From the IMG/VR virus record IMGVR_UViG_3300048913_000302, positions 62,001 to 116,380 of that record: a DNA stretch of 54,380 bases, one strand, 5' to 3'. Shown in pieces: positions 40,199 to 46,710 of the stretch; the first letter of the stretch is position 1, and each line of letters begins with the position of its first letter. This stretch comes from an uncultured virus (IMG/VR IMGVR_UViG_3300048913_000302) (lineage: Duplodnaviria; Heunggongvirae; Uroviricota; Caudoviricetes). The position numbers and the translations under genes were made by a program. The notes below the pieces were generated by a model. That model was given only the letters and a program-made list of their open reading frames with translations. It had not been told where the DNA came from and ran no database searches.

Positions 40199-40249
40199 TA
40201 CCAACCTCTTAGCAATACCCTACCTATTTAAGACACAAGGAGATTTACC

Positions 40250-40450
40250 ATGGCTGCTGAAATCCAAGGCGCTGCTGCTGTTGTTGCTGTTACTGCTGAA
40301 GCTATCCGCGGCGCCACTCTGGTTACCCGTGCCAAAGACCTCGCCTCCGCTCACCCAGTCGGCGCTGTCGTCGTCGGCGCTGCTGTCGCGGGCCTGGCCG
40401 TCTTCGGCGGCTACAAGCTGATGAAGAAAGCGTTCACTCCGAAAGAGTGA
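40250..40450 (+). CDS. 66-aa Ala/Val-rich membrane protein
   Basis: AAGGAG RBS; C-terminal TM with basic tail. Confidence 0.75.
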   Translation: MAAEIQGAAAVVAVTAEAIRGATLVTRAKDLASAHPVGAVVVGAAVAGLAVFGGYKLMKKAFTPKE

Positions 40451-40457
40451 CGGTATG

Positions 40458-40501
40458 AGAGCAGCACCCTTTCGGGTGCTGCTCTACCATTCTTTTTTTT
40501 T
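40458..40501 (+). terminator. Rho-independent terminator
   Basis: AGAGCAGCACCC-TTTC-GGGTGCTGCTCT followed by a T-tract. Confidence 0.85.
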
Positions 40502-40672
40502 GCGAAGTTAACCAAAACACAGCGATACATTATCATCGTGATTCCAGCATCTTCTCGCAATCCTTCATGGGTTGCGTGTAAGTAGTTACAAACACTCACT
40601 GTCATGTGAACGAACAAAACCCTCGAGAGTCCTCTCGATCCATCAGCAACACCACTATCAAGGAAATGCCCC

Positions 40673-41143
40673 ATGTCCCGTGAAGAACTGAACCCACGTA
40701 TCCGCGAAATCGCCGACGCTGTCAAGCCGGAGCTGGTACTGGATGCAACCACCAACGTGACCGTGCCCAAGGACGAGAAGCAACTCGATGACGTCTTCGC
40801 CCGCTTCCTGCCGCCGACCCTGACCATGGACGGCCTGAAAGACAGCCAAGACTTCACCCTGGACATCACCGCCGGTCTGGCTCTGGCCCACGGCGAGCTG
40901 CAGCAAGACCACATGAAAGCCAACCCGGAACTGAAGTCCGGTTCGCTGAAAGTCAAGCTGGGCTACAGCACCATCGAAAACAGCTACGAGCGCGAGCGTT
41001 CCGGCACCGCCATGGGCAAACCGTGGCAGAAGTTCGGCGTCTCCACCACCGACGTCATCCTGGGCAGCGGCCGCAAGAAGACCGACCTGAAGAAGGTCGT
41101 CAGCTATCTGGGCGAAAGCGCAGCCAGCACCTTCGCCAACTGA
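40673..41143 (+). CDS. Hypothetical protein, probably highly expressed
   Basis: AAGGA RBS, very strong C/G third-position bias, long leader and its own terminator. Confidence 0.8.
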   Translation: MSREELNPRIREIADAVKPELVLDATTNVTVPKDEKQLDDVFARFLPPTLTMDGLKDSQDFTLDITAGLALAHGELQQDHMKANPELKSGSLKVKLGYSTIENSYERERSGTAMGKPWQKFGVSTTDVILGSGRKKTDLKKVVSYLGESAASTFAN

Positions 41144-41198
41144 TTCGGCCTGGTTGGCGCGCCGCCTGGAACGGCCAACGTCCTAGCGACGCGCGACA

Positions 41199-41248
41199 CA
41201 TACAGCCGGGACTTCGGTCCCGGCTGTATGCCCTCTCTTTTATTTTTT
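41199..41248 (+). terminator. Hairpin terminator (CATACAGCC family)
   Basis: CATACAGCCGGGAC-TTCG-GTCCCGGCTGTATG followed by a pyrimidine/T tract. Confidence 0.85.
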
Positions 41249-41266
41249 GTCACAATGGAGTTTATG

Positions 41267-41692
41267 ATGGGTCAAGCAATCTACTATTACTTGGAAGTGC
41301 AGACAGACGGTAAGTGGAAGAAGATCGATGAGGTCAGCCACAAGCCGTCCGATGAATTCGCCGCTATGTTCTTGGGTAAGGAGTTCGGTCACCAGCACGA
41401 TCGTTTCATCGGCACTGCTGGGATACCGGACGGCACCACGTACCGCGAGTACCTTGATAGCGATTACGGGCATTGCTGGTTCATGCTCGAAGATCTGCTG
41501 ACGTTCAACTTCGACAAGCCAATGCTGCTGAACGGAGAACCCACAGGTAGCGGGTGGGATTGGCGTGACTATCTGTCTGAAGTCCTCTTCCGCGATAACA
41601 GCGACGCGGGTGATGTCGATGACTTCCTGGAAGAATTTTTCGAATTGAAAACTCGTCCAGACATTCGCGTTCTGGTTTACTTCGATCATTAA
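41267..41692 (+). CDS. Hypothetical protein
   Basis: GGAG RBS; acidic and aromatic; ends RVLVYFDH. Confidence 0.7.
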   Translation: MGQAIYYYLEVQTDGKWKKIDEVSHKPSDEFAAMFLGKEFGHQHDRFIGTAGIPDGTTYREYLDSDYGHCWFMLEDLLTFNFDKPMLLNGEPTGSGWDWRDYLSEVLFRDNSDAGDVDDFLEEFFELKTRPDIRVLVYFDH

Positions 41693-41702
41693 GGGGAACG
41701 GC

Positions 41703-42143
41703 ATGAACAGCAAACGTAAGTACGCAACTGCAGCTCAAGCTTTGGATAACTTCAGCAAGTCCACCAAGGCTATCGGCAAAGCAATAGGCGGTAAATCCAA
41801 GACCGGTCTTGGTCGACACGAGCTCAAAAACGTCGGTGATCTGGAGACTGCATTCCATCGTGAATACGGTATCCGCATGGTGATCCGACTACATCCAAAG
41901 ACCACCATCAAATGGACCGGTACGCAAGTTCATGATCTTAGCGATAAGGTCTCGAACGACTTTACTGCTGTCCGCACCGTGGCGCAGTTGCGTGCTGCTA
42001 TTCGTGAATACGTGCGGCCTTATCGCGGCGGCGTTTTTGCCGAAGGTATCGATCTGGAAAAGGCCGAGATCGAATTCATCGGTAAGGCAGGTGTGGTAGC
42101 AAGCGGTAATACTTTGGTAAAGAACATCCGTTTCGGCGAATAA
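41703..42143 (+). CDS. Basic hypothetical protein
   Basis: AGGGG RBS, 146 aa. Confidence 0.75.
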   Translation: MNSKRKYATAAQALDNFSKSTKAIGKAIGGKSKTGLGRHELKNVGDLETAFHREYGIRMVIRLHPKTTIKWTGTQVHDLSDKVSNDFTAVRTVAQLRAAIREYVRPYRGGVFAEGIDLEKAEIEFIGKAGVVASGNTLVKNIRFGE

Positions 42144-42170
42144 GCAAAATCATCCAGAAGGAGCGTCACC

Positions 42171-42509
42171 ATGTCGGAAATCGTACATCGTCTGAGCAAT
42201 CACGATACCAGCACCATCGGTAAGTTCGAAGCAGCGCTGCGCAAGGAGTTCGATCTGCGCGTTGTGTTTCGACTCGATCATCACAAAGAGCACGTCACCA
42301 ACGACGCTAACCTGCGTGACATCTGCAATGCATTGAGCGACGTCAAGCTCAATAAGTCTTCCCAGGTCCGTCAGCTGTTGGCTGCGAAGATGGTGTACAT
42401 GAAACATCCGCGTGGTTACTCCGTCGCCGGACGTTGTCCGAAGGACATGTTCGCTCATCCTGAGCGTTCACAAGTGGTCGTGGTCAACATGCCACGGCGA
42501 GCAAAATAA
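42171..42509 (+). CDS. Basic hypothetical protein, similar to the previous gene
   Basis: AAGGAG RBS; IGKFEAALRKEFDLRVVFRL versus VGDLETAFHREYGIRMVIRL. Confidence 0.75.
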   Translation: MSEIVHRLSNHDTSTIGKFEAALRKEFDLRVVFRLDHHKEHVTNDANLRDICNALSDVKLNKSSQVRQLLAAKMVYMKHPRGYSVAGRCPKDMFAHPERSQVVVVNMPRRAK

Positions 42510-42552
42510 GATTCTCCTGTAAAAAGTTACAGAGCAGGTAGTATCTTATGTT

Positions 42553-42728
42553 CGAGAACTGCCTAACGTCCTACTTGCTCGTGGCTGCGTTCGGTTGTTC
42601 TCGTCTTCCGGAAACGCGCTGCTGCCATTTGGGCTGCTTGGCCGCGGGTCCGGACGTTGCCGGCGAGGCGCTGCAAGGTCTAACCTAAGCGTTCCGCCTG
42701 CCGGCGAGATGTGAGTTCTGGCCATCTC
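42553..42728 (+). ncRNA. Four consecutive hairpins leading the tRNA/ncRNA cluster
   Basis: Closing stems CGAGAAC/GTTCTCG, TCCGGA/TCCGGA, GCCGGC/GCCGGC and GAGATG/CATCTC, just after TATG at 42547-42550. Confidence 0.45.
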
Positions 42729-42755
42729 TCACGAGAATCTAAAGATGTCCAAATC

Positions 42756-42832
42756 GCTGCGTTAGCTCAGCTGGTTAGAGCACTAGCCTGTCACGCTAGG
42801 GGTCAGGGGTTCGAGTCCCCTACGCGGCGCCA
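42756..42832 (+). tRNA. tRNA-Asp (GUC)
   Basis: Full cloverleaf: acceptor GCTGCGT/ACGCGGC, anticodon arm CTAGC-CTGTCAC-GCTAG, TTCGAGT T-loop, encoded CCA. Confidence 0.97.
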
Positions 42833-42839
42833 CTTTCAT

Positions 42840-42915
42840 TCCACGATAGCTCAGTCGGTAGAGCAGCGCACTGTTAATGCGCGGGTCCCTGGTTCGAGTC
42901 CAGGTCGTGGAGCCA
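42840..42915 (+). tRNA. tRNA-Asn (GUU)
   Basis: Full cloverleaf: acceptor TCCACGA/TCGTGGA, anticodon arm GCGCA-CTGTTAA-TGCGC, encoded CCA. Confidence 0.97.
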
Positions 42916-43000
42916 TTTCTTTAGATCCGAGCGTCACCTACCCTAGGCGCACCGCCCTCTCGGATCTTCATAGCTACAAAGTAAAATTCGTCGTTATCTT

Positions 43001-43229
43001 GGTCTATCAGGATAGCTCCGGAGGCAAAGCGCCGTACCCTGCTGGGCAAGTGACTGGAAGAATAGACTCAACCTATCACCGCAGCCAAATAAGCCTGAAG
43101 CGTATGAAGGCTCCTTGATTACTGGGGACGTCAGTGATGTTTCAAGCGTAAGTCCTCCAACGGGTTTCAGTGCCGGCAGTTGGAGGCAGCCTTATTCCTT
43201 TGGTACGGCAGTCTACGGACTGCCTGACC
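43001..43229 (+). ncRNA. Multi-stem structured RNA of unknown family
   Basis: Stems GCCGTACC/GGTACGGC, CCTCCAAC/GTTGGAGG, ATTACTG/CAGTGAT, AGCCT/AGGCT and GGCAGTC-TACG-GACTGCC. Confidence 0.55.
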
Positions 43230-43250
43230 TTATGCTCTTGTAAGATTTAC

Positions 43251-43363
43251 GTCTAGGGGAGAGGTTCGAAACCTCTCGGTGATGGCCACGGGGTGGCACG
43301 TGCCGTACAGCGGTACGTCACTTAAGTTTCAGGCATATGGGTTCGACTCCCACCCTAGGCTCC
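43251..43363 (+). ncRNA. Double-T-arm tRNA-like RNA, copy A
   Basis: Acceptor-like GTCTAGG/CCTAGGC plus TCC; T-arms AGAGG-TTCGAAA-CCTCT and TGGG-TTCGACT-CCCA. Confidence 0.7.
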
Positions 43364-43370
43364 GTTTTAT

Positions 43371-43505
43371 CCCTCGGTCACAGATGGGTTGTCAGGAAAA
43401 GATGTTCGATACGCTTACCATGACGCAGGCACAGCTGGCTTGTACGTAAACTTTGGTAAACGTCGTTCATCCTTCTGAGGTGGTTCGAATCCACCACTTG
43501 GGGCC
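43371..43505 (+). ncRNA. tRNA-like RNA with 3' T-arm and no D or anticodon arm
   Basis: GGTGG-TTCGAAT-CCACC followed by ACTTGGGGCC, with a weak 5' partner CCCTCGGT. Confidence 0.45.
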
Positions 43506-43566
43506 TTGTTCGTATCTTATCAGACCGGATAGCCGTGAAAGGGCTGGAATGTTGGGGTACGCGCGT

Positions 43567-43681
43567 TACCATTGTAGGGGGTGGTGCAACTCCACCTGGT
43601 GATGGCCGTTGTAGATCGGCTCCGGCATCCGTGCCGCTGATGTGAGGAACTCATACGGGTTCGAATCCCGCCACAATGGTA
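43567..43681 (+). ncRNA. Double-T-arm tRNA-like RNA, copy B
   Basis: Closing stem TACCATTGT/ACAATGGTA; T-arms GGTGG-TGCAACT-CCACC and CGGG-TTCGAAT-CCCG; shares GGTGATGGCC with copy A. Confidence 0.7.
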
Positions 43682-43759
43682 GTCTGAAGCACCGCTGATC
43701 TGGGTACTGGGTCAGACACGACGGTCACCGGGACTAGTCCGGTACAGCCAGCGATTTCC

Positions 43760-43906
43760 CAGCGTGTAGCTCAACATTTAGAGCAACGGAAACGAAGCGT
43801 AAGTCGCAGGTTCAAGTCCTGCCCTCCCGTGGTACTGGGAGGTAGTGGAGAGAAACCACGTACGCGGGTGACGTAGGGTCTCGGTGAAAATCCGGGGGCG
43901 CTGACC
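43760..43906 (+). ncRNA. Nested double tRNA-like RNA (outer tRNA body plus inner permuted tRNA)
   Basis: Two D-arms, two T-arms, one open and one loop-closed acceptor stem; see findings. Confidence 0.75.
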
Positions 43907-43919
43907 TATCAAGTATATC

Positions 43920-43948
43920 GCCCGGCCTAGCGCCGGGCTTTATGCCGT
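43920..43948 (+). terminator. Hairpin with TTTATGCCGT tail closing the RNA cluster
   Basis: GCCCGGC-CTAGC-GCCGGGC-TTTATGCCGT. Confidence 0.8.
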
Positions 43949-43998
43949 TACTTTTCTAATTACTGCACTAATCATGCAGATCACACTGGAGATACACC

Positions 43999-44970
43999 AT
44001 GAAACAGAATCCCCTCAAAGTTGTATTGGGTACCAGCCGTCGCGACATGGTTAACGAACTCATCGACATCCTGAAGATTCCTCAGGGCAGTGAGGTTCGC
44101 AGCATGAGCTGGGAAGGCAGTAACATCCATCCGCAAGTGGTGCGTGAATGCATTGAGACCGACCTGCGTGATGAAGACCTTCTCAATCAGGGTTTCAGTC
44201 AGGGCGCTGATATCATCGCCGTGATGAACGCCAGCGGGTATCGTGTGGTTCGTGATAATCGTCCGGATCATTCGGCAGGTGCGTTCGTTCACTTCTCGAA
44301 GAACATGATCGTGATCCACCCCGTCGGCGCTGACGTGTCCGAGCACACCAAGGATGCCATCACGGTCCGTACTGAAAGTTACTACCCAAATACTACCAAA
44401 GGTTTCTCGGTGTCTGGTGTGGTGTACGATCAGGAGAACCTGGATCTGCGTTACCCTCGTTCCATTCGGATCGTCAATCTGCTCGAAGGTGAAAACCCTG
44501 CGGCTTCTGCCATCGTCCACACGGTCAATGAGCAAGTGCTGGCAACGTACATCAGCCTCGGTGCCATCGGTCTGTCTCTGGGCGCTGTGGACGTGGCTGT
44601 AGACCAGCACGAACTGATGACTCGCGATGACAGTGAGTATGGCTTCGTCATGACAGAGCTGGCTCACGTCCTTCTGTGGGGCCTGTTGGAGCAACAGCCT
44701 ACGTCTATCATTGACGAACTGCTGACGTTCCTTCAGCGCTCTCTGCGCTTCGTTGATCCGGCCTTGTTCGATGCTGAGTTCGAACAGCGTTGGGTATTAC
44801 AAGAAGAAGCCTGCACTCAGTTCGGCGATGGTGCCTGGAGCTTCATGGTCAACACCCTGGTCAGCCGTAACCTCATGGCGTATGAGGAACGCAACTACCT
44901 GTTGACTGGTACCGGCATCCACTTCTACTACCTGCTCCAGATCGCCATGGTGCAGCACCACCTGGAGTAA
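43999..44970 (+). CDS. Hypothetical protein
   Basis: GGAG RBS, 323 aa. Confidence 0.75.
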   Translation: MKQNPLKVVLGTSRRDMVNELIDILKIPQGSEVRSMSWEGSNIHPQVVRECIETDLRDEDLLNQGFSQGADIIAVMNASGYRVVRDNRPDHSAGAFVHFSKNMIVIHPVGADVSEHTKDAITVRTESYYPNTTKGFSVSGVVYDQENLDLRYPRSIRIVNLLEGENPAASAIVHTVNEQVLATYISLGAIGLSLGAVDVAVDQHELMTRDDSEYGFVMTELAHVLLWGLLEQQPTSIIDELLTFLQRSLRFVDPALFDAEFEQRWVLQEEACTQFGDGAWSFMVNTLVSRNLMAYEERNYLLTGTGIHFYYLLQIAMVQHHLE

Positions 44971-44973
44971 GTC

Positions 44974-45252
44974 ATGGACCGTGAGCAACTTAAAGCAGCT
45001 CCTGGGTATTTCGAAATACCGGAGATGTTCACGGCATTCGCTGTAGGCTGTCTCGATGGTACGGCACGTCAGGTGGCGTTGGGGATTACTCAACGCCACT
45101 ACGCTGACCCGACTCTGGCCGGCAGCTGGTACCGCGCTCTTCGTGCCGACCTCGCACGATGTCGTCCCAGGTTGTCCAAGAACGAATACTCCCGCGTCAT
45201 GAATGAAGCCGGGGAGTTGTTCAAATCCATGACCAAAAATCTGAAGTCTTAA
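44974..45252 (+). CDS. Hypothetical protein
   Basis: GGAG RBS; sits within the operon. Confidence 0.7.
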   Translation: MDREQLKAAPGYFEIPEMFTAFAVGCLDGTARQVALGITQRHYADPTLAGSWYRALRADLARCRPRLSKNEYSRVMNEAGELFKSMTKNLKS

Positions 45253-45260
45253 GGACAAGT

Positions 45261-45848
45261 ATGTCGAAAGAACAAATGAATCTCCAGCTGGACCAATCGT
45301 CACTGGAACCGTGGCAGATCCGCATCAATGACGTGTTCAACATGGTGGAGAACCTCGAACGCCGGTTGGGTATCAAGCCAGCTCCTCGTCCGAAAATCAT
45401 CCGCGAGATCCTTGAGATCGAATACTTCGGTGGCGAGAGTCAGTTCAGCCAGCGCGCTCGCGGTGTGAAACCTGAACCTTTCCCAGAGTCAGTTCTCTGC
45501 GAGCCGGGTATTGCAGCGGCGGTGAAGAAGAAGGTGCAGTTGTCTCTAGGCGGTAAGCTGTACGGTAATCGTCAAGTCAACGACATGTCTCTGTTCATCC
45601 ACGTCGTTGACGAAGGTTCACTGAAGATCACCGCCTACAACCACAAGGACCGTAGCGTCGAACTCACCCACTCCACCTACAACAAAGCTGGGGATGGTGA
45701 GAAAATCACCTTCAGGGTCTACGGACATCTGGTCGTGGTAAACGTCGATGCGAAGTTCCGTACCGGTAACGCCTACTACCAAGTGGGCGATCAGAAGGTC
45801 GGGATGGTCGAACTGAAAGAGTGTCCTCTCAATCCGTTCGAGGAGTGA
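45261..45848 (+). CDS. Hypothetical protein
   Basis: AAGGA RBS, 195 aa. Confidence 0.7.
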   Translation: MSKEQMNLQLDQSSLEPWQIRINDVFNMVENLERRLGIKPAPRPKIIREILEIEYFGGESQFSQRARGVKPEPFPESVLCEPGIAAAVKKKVQLSLGGKLYGNRQVNDMSLFIHVVDEGSLKITAYNHKDRSVELTHSTYNKAGDGEKITFRVYGHLVVVNVDAKFRTGNAYYQVGDQKVGMVELKECPLNPFEE

Positions 45849-45850
45849 GT

Positions 45851-46552
45851 ATGAGTAAATACAGCGCTTGTCGTGTCCAGCAGATTCAACCTAACGGTGA
45901 GTTGAAGTTGTTGGCCTACGTATACCTCGATGGAGATCCGTTGGATTCGTCAACGGGTCGTTATCCAAAGGTCTCTGCGTGGGATGAGGACGGCCTTCCT
46001 CTGCCGATTCCGGAGTACGACACAGAGATCGATTGGCTCACTCCGGATAAGAAAGCCGTAAGGCGGTACTACATGTCGCTACCTTTTCGCACTGGTAAGG
46101 TAATGATCAAGGTAGATCCTGCCGATAAGACCGTCGAAGCGTGTTACAGCTACCAGAATCGGATGGGGTACTTCACCAAGTTCGAGCCTGTGGTTGAAGG
46201 TTGGCAACCAAGCGTTGACTTTACCGCGCGTCTTCATCAACTGACGCTGGAGGCGACGGGAAAGATGATCTCCTTCCCGTTCCGACATCCTGAGTTGATG
46301 ACCAACCTGACTGACTCTATTGCCAGTGCTCAGTTGGTTGGGGTGATCGACTTCGAAGGTGGTCATTGGCCAATCAGGCCAATCGGTGGTTGGGCGGAGA
46401 ATGCGAGCTCGAGTGCGTTCACTTCCAAGATGAACCAGCGCGGCGGTCGAATCGACATCAACTACCAGAACATGGAACTGCGTTGGGACGGTGACTTTGC
46501 CGGTTGTAAGTTTGTCGTCAACATCCGCATGCACAACAGGAATAGATCATGA
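45851..46552 (+). CDS. Hypothetical protein
   Basis: AGGAG RBS before ATG 45851. Confidence 0.7.
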   Translation: MSKYSACRVQQIQPNGELKLLAYVYLDGDPLDSSTGRYPKVSAWDEDGLPLPIPEYDTEIDWLTPDKKAVRRYYMSLPFRTGKVMIKVDPADKTVEACYSYQNRMGYFTKFEPVVEGWQPSVDFTARLHQLTLEATGKMISFPFRHPELMTNLTDSIASAQLVGVIDFEGGHWPIRPIGGWAENASSSAFTSKMNQRGGRIDINYQNMELRWDGDFAGCKFVVNIRMHNRNRS

Positions 46553-46704
46553 CGGCTGACTTCGACGGCGATATGATCAACTACGTTGAACCGCCAGTGG
46601 ATAAGAAACGCGTAAGACAACAATTCAATAACCTATCGTTGTGTAAGAAGAATGCGCGGCGGCGACTATTGAAGAAGTTGAGAAAGCCCCAGATCCTCAA
46701 GTGA
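46549..46704 (+). CDS. 51-aa basic peptide beginning with ADFDGD
   Basis: AGGA RBS, ATGA coupling, MTADFDGDMINYVEPPVDKKRVRQQFNNLSLCKKNARRRLLKKLRKPQILK, then a terminator. Confidence 0.65.
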   Translation: MTADFDGDMINYVEPPVDKKRVRQQFNNLSLCKKNARRRLLKKLRKPQILK

Positions 46705-46710
46705 GGTTAA

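Noticed and set aside
227..41230. CATACAGCC repeats as CRISPR, REP or MITE elements
   Set aside because: They are dispersed single hairpins at gene ends, with no spacer array, target-site duplication or transposase.
42548..42688. 46-aa Cys-rich ORF (MFENCLTS...)
   Set aside because: Weak RBS, and it coincides with strong hairpins; better explained as an RNA leader, though not fully excluded.
42711..43118. 135-aa ORF
   Set aside because: Runs through both canonical tRNAs and has no RBS.
43520..43752. Group I intron, RNase P or tmRNA identity for the structured RNAs
   Set aside because: Only short resemblances (TAGTCC, T-loops). I could not build a P3/P7 core, a P4 helix or a tag ORF by eye.
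43836..43906. Possible stand-alone tRNA-Thr (GGT in TACG-CGGGTGA-CGTA)
   Set aside because: Its 5' strand TGGGAGG does not pair with 3' GGCGCTG, the loop lacks U33, and the stem is only 4 bp.
45261..46552. Paralogy of two adjacent hypothetical proteins
   Set aside because: Similarity is limited to one short segment (VNVDAKFRTGNAYY versus IKVDPADKTVEACY), too weak without an alignment.
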